A DNA stretch of 64,000 bases from an uncultured Clostridia bacterium (GTDB lineage: Bacteria; Bacillota; Clostridia; Christensenellales; DTU072). How positions within the stretch are numbered: position 1 is the first letter of the stretch; each line of letters starts with the position of its first letter. Location: NCBI GenBank assembly GCA_944349735.1, contig CALVNM010000002.1:242-64241 (forward strand). The letters run 5' to 3'. A program made the position numbers and the translations under genes. Positions 1 to 11,313 of this stretch are shown one piece after another. The notes beneath the pieces were generated by a model that was given only the letters and a program-made list of their open reading frames with translations, made no database searches and had not been told where the DNA came from.

Positions 1-1781
1 ATGACCGCGGCGTGCTTGATCGTCGAAAGACGGTGCGCTATGACGAAGCTCGTCTTACCCTCCATCATCGCGAGCATCGCGCTCTGAATATATTTTTCCG
101 TCCTCGTATCGACCGAGCTCGTCGCCTCGTCGAGAATTATGATACGCGGCTTTTTGAGTATGGCGCGCGCAATAGTAAGCAGCTGCCTTTGTCCCGCACT
201 TATATTGGTAGCGCCTTCTTTGAGCACCGTATCGTAGCCGTGTTCCATCGTTACGATGAACTGATCGGCGTGCGCTTCTTTAGCCGCGGCTATTATCTCC
301 TCACGCGTAGCGGCGGGATTGCCGTATGCTATATTGTCCGCAACCGTACCGTTGAAGAGCCAGGTGTCCTGCAAAACCATTCCGTACAGCGAGCGGAGAT
401 CCGCGCGCGAATATTCCTTGATGTCGACTCCGTCTATGAGTATCCTGCCCGAATCGGTCTCGTAGAAACGCATGAGGAGATTGACGAGCGTGGTTTTGCC
501 CGCTCCCGTAGGTCCGACTATGGCGATGCTCTCGCCGGCGTTGACGTGGAGCGAAAGATCGGTGATGAGCGGTCTGTCTTTTACGTAGGAGAAAGCTACG
601 TTCTCGATATCCACTCTGCCTTCGCAGTCCTCTACGGAGATCTTCTTCTCGCCGTCGGCGGTCATTTCTTCGAGGTCGAATACCTGGAAGACGCGTTCCG
701 CCGCGGCTATCGAGGACTGTATCGTATTGGCTATGTTACTGATGTTTTCGATAGGCTGCGCGAACTGCCTCGTATAAGAAAGCAACGCCTGTATATCGCC
801 TATAGTGACCATACCGCCGCCCGCGCGCAGTCCGCCGCCCACGCAGATACCGACGTAGCAAAGGTTGTCTATGAATTTGATACTCGGCAGGATTATGCCC
901 GCGAGGAACTGCGACTTGCGCGTGGCGCGTTTCAACGCCTTGTTGATCTCCTCGTAGGTCATTATGCTTTCTTTCTCGTGATTATACAGCTTGACGACGT
1001 TATGTCCCGTGTACATCTCCTCGATATGCCCGTTAAGCACGCCTATCCGTTGCTGTTGTTTGGCAAATTCTTTCTGCGATTTCTTGACGATGACGCCCGA
1101 AACTATCAAAAGAAGGGGCAAACTGACGAGCGCTATGATGGACAGCAACCAGTCGATACGCACCATCATGATAAACACGCCCGCGACGGTCATAACGCCG
1201 GTGATAATCTGGTTGATACTGTCCTGAAGCGTCAGGGAGATCATCTCTATGTCGATCGTGAAACGGCTCAATACGTCGCCTATCGGAGTGGCGTCGAAAT
1301 ATGAAAGCGGAACTTTGTCAAGCTTGTTCTTGACGTCGTTACGCATCCTGCGTACCACGCGCTGAGACATGGAAGCCGCTATGAGTCCGCTCGTGAATTG
1401 GAACAAAGCGTTGAGAACGTAGAGACCTGCGCACGTCCAGAGAACGGGGGCAATGTAATTGTAAAGCTGACCGTTACCGTTAGGCGCTCTGTCGATGTCG
1501 ATAAAGTATTCTATACTCTCGACGAGACAATTGGTAACCTTTTTCATAATATCGGGTACCCAAATCGCAAACCACGCGCCTATCGCCGCAATCAGGATCA
1601 TAGCGATGAGCATGGGATATTGCGGCTTCAGATACTTGATAAGCCTTATCACCGTCGCCTTGAAGTTCTCCGCTTTGTCGACTTCCTTGATCTCGGGACC
1701 GCCGACGCCGAGCGCGCGACCGAGATCGAGCCCTGCGCTTTGTTGCCCTTCGTTTCTGGAGGCGGTATTCTGATTTTGCAT
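1..1781 (-). CDS. ABC exporter half-transporter (fused TMD-NBD); 5' complete, 3' end runs off the window start
   Basis: Absent from the ORF track because it has no stop inside the window. Reverse-complement translation from ATG at 1781-1779 gives MQNQNTASRNEGQQSAGLDLGRALGVGGPEIKEVDKAENFKATVIRLIKYLKPQYPMLIAMILIAAIG... It reaches the window edge in ...LKKPRIIILDEATSSVDTRTEKYIQSAMLAMMEGKTSFVIAHRLSTIKHAAV (Walker B, D-loop, H-loop). It starts 14 nt after the stop of the upstream ABC gene, the usual heterodimeric exporter layout. Confidence 0.9.
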   Translation of the reverse strand, partial: MQNQNTASRNEGQQSAGLDLGRALGVGGPEIKEVDKAENFKATVIRLIKYLKPQYPMLIAMILIAAIGAWFAIWVPDIMKKVTNCLVESIEYFIDIDRAPNGNGQLYNYIAPVLWTCAGLYVLNALFQFTSGLIAASMSQRVVRRMRNDVKNKLDKVPLSYFDATPIGDVLSRFTIDIEMISLTLQDSINQIITGVMTVAGVFIMMVRIDWLLSIIALVSLPLLLIVSGVIVKKSQKEFAKQQQRIGVLNGHIEEMYTGHNVVKLYNHEKESIMTYEEINKALKRATRKSQFLAGIILPSIKFIDNLCYVGICVGGGLRAGGGMVTIGDIQALLSYTRQFAQPIENISNIANTIQSSIAAAERVFQVFDLEEMTADGEKKISVEDCEGRVDIENVAFSYVKDRPLITDLSLHVNAGESIAIVGPTGAGKTTLVNLLMRFYETDSGRILIDGVDIKEYSRADLRSLYGMVLQDTWLFNGTVADNIAYGNPAATREEIIAAAKEAHADQFIVTMEHGYDTVLKEGATNISAGQRQLLTIARAILKKPRIIILDEATSSVDTRTEKYIQSAMLAMMEGKTSFVIAHRLSTIKHAAV

Positions 1782-1795
1782 TTCGTCGTAATCGC

Positions 1796-4700
1796 TCACA
1801 GTCCCAGTTCCTCCTCGCTCATTTGCGACAAAGCTATATCGCGGTACAGCTTGCAATTGCGGATAAGATACTCGTGAGTACCCTGTCCGACTATATGACC
1901 TGCGTCAAGCACGATGATGTTGTCCGCGTCCATAATCGTACCTATTCTCTGCGCGACTATGATGGTCGCGCTGTTCTGCGTTATGGATTTAAGCGCCTGA
2001 CGGAGATTCTTGTCCGTACGGAAGTCAAGCGCGGAGAAGCTGTCGTCGAAAACAAGAAGCTCCGGCTTGCGTATGATCGCGCGCGCTATGGCGAGACGCT
2101 GTTTCTGCCCTCCGGAGAAGTTGCCGCCGCCCTGTTCCACACGGCTGTCGAGCGCGCCTTCTTTCTCTCTAACAAATGCGTCGCTCTGCGCTATACGGAG
2201 CGCTTCCCAGCATTCCTCGTCGGTAGCGTCGGGCTTTCCGTAAAGGAGATTATCCCTGATCGTACCGCTCATAAGCACGGAACGCTGCGGCACGAAGCCT
2301 ATCTTATCGCGCAGCTCCGCCTGATTATAGTCGTTGACGTTGACTCCGTCGAAGAGTATTTCTCCTTCGTTCACTTCGTAGAAACGCGGGATCAGATTGA
2401 TGACGGCGGATTTGCCGCTTCCGGTACCGCCCACTATGGCGGTCACTTTACCCTTCTCCGCTACGAAGTCAATATCGTTCAGAATGTATTGCTCCGCTTC
2501 GTCGGAGAATTTGAAGTTGACGTGCTTGAAGCGTATGGTGCCCACTTCCGTATAATTTCTGTCGGGGTTCTCGGGGTCCTTGATCTTATTCTCAGTATCG
2601 AGCACCTCGTTTATACGTAAAGCCGAAGCCGTGGCGCGCGGGAACATTATAAATACCGTGGCGAGCATGACGAGCGCGAGCATTATCTGCGTCATGTACT
2701 GTATGACAGCCATCATGTCGCCTACGTTGATGTTGTCGTTCAACGCTATCTGCTTACTGGCGCGCCATACGACGCCTACCATCGAGCAGTTCATGACGAC
2801 GGCGATCAACGGAGCGAGCACGGCGCACCAACGGTTGACGACGATAGCCGTTTTGGTAAGGCTGTCGTTGACTTCGCTGAACCTCTTGTTCTCCGCTTCC
2901 TGTTTATTGAACGCGCGCACTACACGGATACCGGTAAGTCCTTCGCGCGTTATGAGCGTCAGTCTGTCGACCTTCTGCTGTATCAGCTGGAAGAGCGGGA
3001 ATACCACTTTTGCCGCCACGAACGAGGCGATAACGAGTATCGGTATGTCGTAGAACAGCACCGACGTCATATAGAACGATTTTTCCGCCGACATTATGAA
3101 GCCGCCGATGAGCGTTATCGGGGCGATGAGTCCCGTCCTCAATATGAGAAGGAACACCTGCTGTATCTGGTTGACGTCGTTGGTGGAACGCGTTATGAGA
3201 CTCGCCGTGGAGAAAGTATCGAATTCCGCAAGCGAGAAAGTCTCCACCTTTGAAAACACCTTGCTGCGGATAATAGCCGAGAAATTAGCCGCCATTTTGC
3301 TGCTGAAAAGAGCCGCGAGTATAGCGCATGAGCACGCCGCGAGAGTAAGGAGAAGCATGAGACCGCCGCGCTTCAAGATAAACCCCATGTCGTCGGTCTG
3401 CGTGGTCTCTCCGTCGGGGAGCATCATGTCTTTATATGTTTTGAATTCGACGAGCGCGATGCTGTATGAGGTTATTTCCCCTTTCTCAAGCGCGTCCTGC
3501 CTCGTACCGGTCGCGGAAAGCGTCAGATAGTTGCCGAGCTTGATCCAGAACTTCTTCCACTGCATGCCGAAAGACGCGGAGGACTTGAGATCCGTTACGT
3601 TTATGCGGTTACCGTTCTCGTCGTAAGCGTTACGCACGTAATCGTCCAGCTCTTTGAGGATGCGTTCGGGCTTTCTGTCGTTGAAAGTGAGAAGATGCGA
3701 CAGGAGCATCATGTCGTTGTCTTCCGTGTAGTACAGTACTAGCCTGTTGACGCTTTCTCTGATCGTACGTACCTGATCGTCTGAAAAATCTCCCCTCTCG
3801 TAATATTTGTTGCCGTACACGAGCGCGTCCATAAGGATATCCGCATTGTATTCGTTGGCAAGCTCCTGCGCTCTCGCGTCGGTTATGCCGCGATAGGTCT
3901 CCACCCATTTGTCGCCTACGTATTTGTAAGCGTAGCCGAGTACGTTGTTACAGATTATGACCTCGTAGTCGGGCATCGGGTCGGGTCTTCCGGTAGCGCT
4001 TTCCTTAGCGGTAGACACTTCCTCTCCGTCGTCGTCGGAGTATATGTACACGAGTTTATCCGGTTCGAGCGCTCTTCCGTAGGCGTCGGTAGCAAGTCTG
4101 TTGCCGCCCTTGTCAAGCGGTATCGGCATCAGGTTGCCGTACTCGGAATGCTTCATACAACTTATGCACGCGGTAAGAATCTTGCGGTTGGACTCGTTGT
4201 CCATCGCGTCCTCGTCCACGCGGGGATCCTGATTGAGAAGATCGTTTACGCAAATGGTATTTCCGCTGCCGGAGTCGTTGATCTTGATCGAAGCGGGATT
4301 AGAGATAGCGCCCGTGGCGGGATCGTAATCGAAAACGAGCAGAACGTTGATGACTTCCGCCATTGCGATCCTGTCTTCGTCGGTAAAATAAGATTCGTTG
4401 AAATCGGGTTCCCAATCTTCCCATTGGGATTCCGGAACATTGGCGTCGCGCCATTCGAAAGCTTTGGTCTGATAAGGGGTAAGCCCGTCGAGGAAAGGCG
4501 TAAGCACCTTATCGAAAAGTTCCTGACTGTCTTTGACGGGAATATCTCTGAAAACGAAATCGATAATAGTATCGCCGCCCTCCTCGCGCTCGATCGCGTC
4601 CGCGAGATCGTGCGTGGAGAAGCCGTCCGCCATCTCGAATACGGGTATGGTGTCCTCGGAATAGCCTTTAAGTGTTTTTTCGGAATCGACGGTACTTAAA

Positions 4701-4885
4701 TTGGAAGGCTTCGGCATTTCGAGATGCTCGTACAGCGGTTCGTAATCGATATAGATACCGTCGTCGATGATCTCGGACATTTTCTCGGGGAGATACAGTT
4801 CCGCGATTGCCTGTCCTGCGACAAGCACCACTATCAAAACGAACACCCAAGCCATAGGTTTCAGATTGCGGAACAGCCGAAACAT
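1796..4885 (-). CDS. ABC exporter half-transporter (TMD-NBD) with a ~450-aa insertion in the first extracytoplasmic loop
   Basis: The track ORF is 1796..4900. I prefer ATG at 4885 (MFRLFRNLKPMAWVFVL..., a typical exporter N terminus) because GAGGTAGGG lies directly upstream. TM1 = AWVFVLIVVLVAGQAIAELYLP; TM2 resumes at GFILKRGGLMLLLTLAACSCAILAALF. NBD motifs: GGTGSGKS (Walker A), FSGGQKQRLAIARA (signature), LLVFDDSFSALD (Walker B). Confidence 0.93.
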   Translation of the reverse strand: MFRLFRNLKPMAWVFVLIVVLVAGQAIAELYLPEKMSEIIDDGIYIDYEPLYEHLEMPKPSNLSTVDSEKTLKGYSEDTIPVFEMADGFSTHDLADAIEREEGGDTIIDFVFRDIPVKDSQELFDKVLTPFLDGLTPYQTKAFEWRDANVPESQWEDWEPDFNESYFTDEDRIAMAEVINVLLVFDYDPATGAISNPASIKINDSGSGNTICVNDLLNQDPRVDEDAMDNESNRKILTACISCMKHSEYGNLMPIPLDKGGNRLATDAYGRALEPDKLVYIYSDDDGEEVSTAKESATGRPDPMPDYEVIICNNVLGYAYKYVGDKWVETYRGITDARAQELANEYNADILMDALVYGNKYYERGDFSDDQVRTIRESVNRLVLYYTEDNDMMLLSHLLTFNDRKPERILKELDDYVRNAYDENGNRINVTDLKSSASFGMQWKKFWIKLGNYLTLSATGTRQDALEKGEITSYSIALVEFKTYKDMMLPDGETTQTDDMGFILKRGGLMLLLTLAACSCAILAALFSSKMAANFSAIIRSKVFSKVETFSLAEFDTFSTASLITRSTNDVNQIQQVFLLILRTGLIAPITLIGGFIMSAEKSFYMTSVLFYDIPILVIASFVAAKVVFPLFQLIQQKVDRLTLITREGLTGIRVVRAFNKQEAENKRFSEVNDSLTKTAIVVNRWCAVLAPLIAVVMNCSMVGVVWRASKQIALNDNINVGDMMAVIQYMTQIMLALVMLATVFIMFPRATASALRINEVLDTENKIKDPENPDRNYTEVGTIRFKHVNFKFSDEAEQYILNDIDFVAEKGKVTAIVGGTGSGKSAVINLIPRFYEVNEGEILFDGVNVNDYNQAELRDKIGFVPQRSVLMSGTIRDNLLYGKPDATDEECWEALRIAQSDAFVREKEGALDSRVEQGGGNFSGGQKQRLAIARAIIRKPELLVFDDSFSALDFRTDKNLRQALKSITQNSATIIVAQRIGTIMDADNIIVLDAGHIVGQGTHEYLIRNCKLYRDIALSQMSEEELGL

Positions 4886-4915
4886 CCCTACCTCTACCAA
4901 ATATTGCTATAAAAT

Positions 4916-4944
4916 AATATAGCATACCCGGCATACATAGTCAA
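4916..4944 (-). promoter_or_regulatory. candidate sigma-70-type promoter of the ABC exporter pair
   Basis: The minus strand reads TTGACT - 17 nt - TATATT, with TGc just before the -10. The predicted TSS is ~24 nt upstream of ATG 4885. An AT-rich tract (4958..4977) sits at UP-element distance. Confidence 0.4.
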
Positions 4945-4957
4945 TAGCAAGCTTAAA

Positions 4958-4994
4958 TTTATTTATATATAAATAAAGCGCGCTTGATGCGCGC
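4958..4994 (-). terminator. rho-independent terminator of the atp operon
   Basis: GC hairpin GCGCGC-ttgat-GCGCGC (4978..4994), 21 nt after the atpC stop. On the minus strand it is followed by the T-rich tract TTTATTTATATAT... Confidence 0.7.
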
Positions 4995-5015
4995 ATGCGA
5001 TAAAGATGTGCTCTT

Positions 5016-7675
<2,660 letters not shown>

Positions 7676-7681
7676 ACCGCT

Positions 7682-9442
7682 CTATTGCTCCGCATGACGT
7701 TCCGTAAACTCTTTGACGAAAGCTTCTATCACTTCGTTGAAGCGTATTTCTTCTCTGTGATCGAGCGCGCCTCTGTCCGAAAGAGATCTCAGCAGCGCCG
7801 GTTGCTTCTCCTCGAAATGATCGTAAAGTTCGCGCAGGAAAGCACCGACGCAGCGTAGCGGTATTTCCTTCAGGAATCCATTGGAGACAGCGTAAAGGCT
7901 TACGGCTTCTTTGAGGAAAGACATCGGTTCGCCTTCGTTCTGTTTGAGAGCCTCGACCGTTTTTGCTCCGCTGTCGAGTACGGCTTTGGTGGAATCGCCG
8001 AGCGACGAGCCGAACTGCGCGAACACTTCCAGCTCGCGGTAATGGGCTATGTCGAGCCTCAGCGAAGAGCTTACTTTACGTATGAACGGACGCTGAGCCT
8101 GTCCGCCCACGCGGCTTACCGAAAGTCCGACGTTTATCGCCGGGCGTACGCCCGAATGGAAAAGCTCGCTTTCAAGATATATCTGTCCGTCCGTTATGCT
8201 TATAACGTTAGTAGGAATATAAGCGGAAATGTCCCCCGCAAGCGTTTCGATTATCGGAAGCGCGGTGACGGAGCCGCCGCCCATTTCGTCCGAAAGTTTA
8301 GCCGCTCTCTCGAGAAGGCGCGAATGGATGTAGAATACGTCTCCGGGATAAGCCTCGCGCCCTGCGGGACGTCTCAGCAGAAGCGATATTGCTCTATAAG
8401 CCACCGCATGTTTTGACAAATCGTCGTATACGATCAGAACGTCCTTGCCGTCGTACATGAATTGCTCGGCTATAGCGGCTCCGGTATACGGCGCGATATA
8501 CTGAAGAGGCGCCGAATCGTCCGCCGTCGTCAGCACTACGGTGGTGTACTCCATCGCTCCGTGCTTTTTGAGGGTACTGATAAGTTTACCTACGCCCGCT
8601 GCGCGCTGTCCTATCGCGACATATACGCAATAGACGTTCTTTCCTTTCTGGTTGATGATCGCGTCGGTAGCTATGGAAGTTTTACCTGTCTGCCTGTCGC
8701 CGATTATCAGCTCGCGCTGCCCTTTGCCTATAGGGATCATCGAGTCTATGGCGAGGATACCGGTTTCGAGAGGTTCCGATACCTTCTGCCTGTCTATGAT
8801 CTGAGGTGCAGGACTTTCTATGCAACGCGTTTCGTCTCCCGAAATGCGCTTACCGCCGTCGAGCGGCATTCCTAAAGGGTTCACGACTCTGCCGAGAAGC
8901 TCTTCACCTACAGGGACCTCTATTATCTTCCCTGTAGTATATACGTAATCGCCGTATTCCGCAGAATCGGCGTCGCTGAGTACGATAGCGCCGACGGTGT
9001 CCTTCTCCAGGTTCATCGCAAGCGCGAAACCGCCCGTACCCACGAGCAGCAGTTCGCCGTACCGACAGTTATTGAGACCCTCCACTTTTATGACGCCGTC
9101 CGCCGCGCTTATGACTTTGCCGCAATGCTCGAAGTCGGGCTTATGGTCGATCATTTCGGATAACTTACTCTTAAGAAGATCCGGAATGTCCTTGACCGAA
9201 ACGCCGTCTTTGTGCGAATGGAGTATCTTTTCGCTGTTTTTCCTTATACGTCTCAGTTCGGAAGCCACCGACGCGTCGTAAACGTCCTCTCCGTCCACTA
9301 TCATCACTCCGCCGACTATGGCGTCGATGACGTAACGGAAACGCAATTCTTCAGACTTGTCCGCTTCCCGCAATCCCTTCTCGAGACGTTGTTTCTGCGC
9401 CGAAGTAAGCGGCACAGAAGATTTGATGATTATTTCCCGCAT
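7682..9442 (-). CDS. atpA: F1 ATP synthase alpha subunit with an N-terminal ~75-aa delta(OSCP) C-terminal-domain-like extension
   Basis: 586 aa, whereas typical alpha is ~500 aa. Alpha core: GDRQTGKT Walker A, ...ITDGQIYLESELFHSGVRPAINVGLSVSRVGG. Residues ~80-125 match the canonical alpha N terminus. Residues 1-75 resemble the delta C-terminal domain. Only 9 nt separate the atpF stop from this ATG. Confidence 0.9.
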   Translation of the reverse strand: MREIIIKSSVPLTSAQKQRLEKGLREADKSEELRFRYVIDAIVGGVMIVDGEDVYDASVASELRRIRKNSEKILHSHKDGVSVKDIPDLLKSKLSEMIDHKPDFEHCGKVISAADGVIKVEGLNNCRYGELLLVGTGGFALAMNLEKDTVGAIVLSDADSAEYGDYVYTTGKIIEVPVGEELLGRVVNPLGMPLDGGKRISGDETRCIESPAPQIIDRQKVSEPLETGILAIDSMIPIGKGQRELIIGDRQTGKTSIATDAIINQKGKNVYCVYVAIGQRAAGVGKLISTLKKHGAMEYTTVVLTTADDSAPLQYIAPYTGAAIAEQFMYDGKDVLIVYDDLSKHAVAYRAISLLLRRPAGREAYPGDVFYIHSRLLERAAKLSDEMGGGSVTALPIIETLAGDISAYIPTNVISITDGQIYLESELFHSGVRPAINVGLSVSRVGGQAQRPFIRKVSSSLRLDIAHYRELEVFAQFGSSLGDSTKAVLDSGAKTVEALKQNEGEPMSFLKEAVSLYAVSNGFLKEIPLRCVGAFLRELYDHFEEKQPALLRSLSDRGALDHREEIRFNEVIEAFVKEFTERHAEQ

Positions 9443-9451
9443 ACCGCCTGC

Positions 9452-10030
9452 TTATTTCTTCTTCTTTTTTTCGGGAGCCGCAGCCTTAGTCGTGTCTGAA
9501 TCGGCGTCGCCGGCGTGGACAGCGCGGAATTGCTCGATAAGCGGCGCTATGACCGCTTCGTTATCATCCGCGTTAACCTCACGTTCAAGTATCTTGGACG
9601 ACATCGTAAGAGCAAGCGAAGTAACTTCGCGGCTTAGCGCCGCGCGTTCGCGCACTTCTTTCGCCGCCATATCCGCTTCCGCGCGCGCAACAATGTCTTT
9701 TGCGTCTTTACGGGCATTCTCAAGGATAGCGTCGGCTTCCTTGACCGCGTTGGCGTTGGCGTCGTCCTCTATTCTCGCGGCTTTGACTTCGGCCTCGCGG
9801 ATCTTGTCTTCCGCTTCGGCTTTCATCTTCTCAGCCTCTTCCTTCTTCCTTGCGTAATCCGCTTCCTCGTCGGCATATCCCTGCGCGCGCTTATCCATGA
9901 ACTTCTTGATCGGTTTATACAGCAAAAAGCGCACAGCAACTATCAGTATGATGAAGTTGAAGATATGGAGAAGGATCTCGATCACGTTCAATCCGAGCGG
10001 CATATCCGCCGCCGACATTATCACGTTCAT
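9452..10030 (-). CDS. atpF: Fo ATP synthase b subunit
   Basis: 192 aa. One N-terminal TM (VIEILLHIFNFIILIVAVRFLLYKPIKKFM), then a long charged coiled coil. Unusual Lys tail ...AAAPEKKKKK. Confidence 0.9.
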   Translation of the reverse strand: MNVIMSAADMPLGLNVIEILLHIFNFIILIVAVRFLLYKPIKKFMDKRAQGYADEEADYARKKEEAEKMKAEAEDKIREAEVKAARIEDDANANAVKEADAILENARKDAKDIVARAEADMAAKEVRERAALSREVTSLALTMSSKILEREVNADDNEAVIAPLIEQFRAVHAGDADSDTTKAAAPEKKKKK

Positions 10031-10040
10031 AAGCTCCTAC

Positions 10041-10280
10041 CTACATCGTCATGATAAGGATCGCCACGAGCAATCCGTAAATAGCCAGAGTTTCGCAGAA
10101 TGCCAGACCTAAGATCAATGTGGATCTGATCTTATTATCGGCTTCGGGCTGACGAGCTATGCCATCGAGAGCCTTACTGATGGACAGTCCCATGCCGAGA
10201 GCTGCGCCGAGGCCGGTAAGACCTATCGCGAGGGCAGCGCCCAAAGAGGAAAGTTCGCCTGCAAGAAGCATCAAGTTCAT
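10041..10280 (-). CDS. atpE: Fo ATP synthase c subunit
   Basis: 79 aa two-helix hairpin with the loop ...GIARQPEA... and the carboxylate helix [18 protein letters not shown]. Confidence 0.95.
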   Translation of the reverse strand: MNLMLLAGELSSLGAALAIGLTGLGAALGMGLSISKALDGIARQPEADNKIRSTLILGLAFCETLAIYGLLVAILIMTM

Positions 10281-10308
10281 ATCACACCTCCGTGTAACGT
10301 AAGGATTT

Positions 10309-11043
10309 CTATTCTACAGCCTCACCTATGAATATGGCGGACAACGTAGCGAAAAGGAAGGACTGTATCAGCGCGTGGAATATCGTCGTGATGACCGAGA
10401 CGGCGGCAGGAACGACGAAACTCAGGTATATCACGCTGTATACAAGCTCGACGATTATGAAGCCGCTCATTATGGCTCCGAAGAGACGGAAAGAGAGCGA
10501 CAGCGGCACGGCGAGATCCGTTATGATATTTATCGGGTTACCGAGGTAGCGTTTGGCTCTGCCGAACAGCCCATTTTCGCGCAGACCGCAGTAATTGATG
10601 ACGAAGAACGTGGAAAGACCGAAAGCAAGGCAGGTATTGATGCTTGCGAAAGCCGGACGTATACCGAGAAGCTCCATAAGCGTGGTCAGGCAGATGAATA
10701 TCGCGGCTGTGGCGATATACGGACCGACGAAACTCGCCTGCCGCTTAAGGGGCGAAGCGGTCTTGTCGAAATACCCTACCAGTCCTTCGAGCAGTAGCTG
10801 AAGGCCTTTAGGCTGCTTCTTGAAACGCGGGATAACGAATATCCTTATAATGACGCAGGCGATAACGATGATCGCCGTTCCGAGAAAAGCCGAATACAAC
10901 GAGGGATTGACTTTGAGACCGAAAAAGTCGACGAGTTCGGGATCGATGGCTTCCTGAACGGCTTCGCTCATACCGCCGCCGAAAGCCTCTTTATAACTTT
11001 CCGCGAAAAAATCCGTAAAGGCGCTTGCCAGCATTGTAAGCAT
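10309..11043 (-). CDS. atpB: Fo ATP synthase a subunit
   Basis: 244 aa polytopic membrane protein, first gene of the operon. Conserved Arg helix ...[25 protein letters not shown]. Confidence 0.92.
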   Translation of the reverse strand: MLTMLASAFTDFFAESYKEAFGGGMSEAVQEAIDPELVDFFGLKVNPSLYSAFLGTAIIVIACVIIRIFVIPRFKKQPKGLQLLLEGLVGYFDKTASPLKRQASFVGPYIATAAIFICLTTLMELLGIRPAFASINTCLAFGLSTFFVINYCGLRENGLFGRAKRYLGNPINIITDLAVPLSLSFRLFGAIMSGFIIVELVYSVIYLSFVVPAAVSVITTIFHALIQSFLFATLSAIFIGEAVE

Positions 11044-11118
11044 TGCATACCCTCCTTACTGACGCAGAAGTGACGGAGCGGACACTTTAATAGGTATCCT
11101 ATTATATAACGTCCCATT

Positions 11119-11147
11119 ATAATACACCCTTTTTCACGATAAATCAA
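11119..11147 (-). promoter_or_regulatory. candidate atp operon promoter
   Basis: The minus strand reads TTGATT - 17 nt - TATTAT(AAT), ~70 nt upstream of the atpB start. Confidence 0.35.
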
Positions 11148-11247
11148 GCATTTTCGAGATAAGGCGCGACGAAGGCGCGTGAGCGCGACAAAATCACGAA
11201 AACGGACTGAAAACGCGCATTATATCGCAAAAACAGCAAATTATAAG

Positions 11248-11279
11248 TAAAAAAATGCGCCGCGGCAAATGCCGCGGCG
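11248..11279 (-). terminator. rho-independent terminator after gpmI
   Basis: 9-bp GC stem CGCCGCGGC-aaat-GCCGCGGCG (11258..11279). A T7 run follows on the minus strand (plus-strand A run at 11249..11255). It lies 35 nt after the gpmI stop. Confidence 0.8.
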
Positions 11280-11313
11280 ACATAAATTTAGTAAAGAATA
11301 TTTTTGCAAAAAA

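Noticed and set aside
4958-4977. A perfect 20-bp AT-only palindrome, TTTATTTATATATAAATAAA.
   Set aside because: It is adequately explained in two ways. It is the U-tract of the atp terminator on the minus strand. It is also an A/T-rich UP-like element 14 nt upstream of the -35 of the ABC promoter. Low-complexity AT sequence readily forms palindromes.
10041-10280. Possible Na+-specific c-ring. Helix 2 has E-T...Y (CETLAIY), spaced as in Na+-binding c subunits.
   Set aside because: In my by-eye alignment to the ARQP loop, the helix-1 position that carries Gln/Glu in Na+-translocating c subunits is a Met here. The motif is incomplete, so H+ coupling is the default reading. The alignment was done by eye only.
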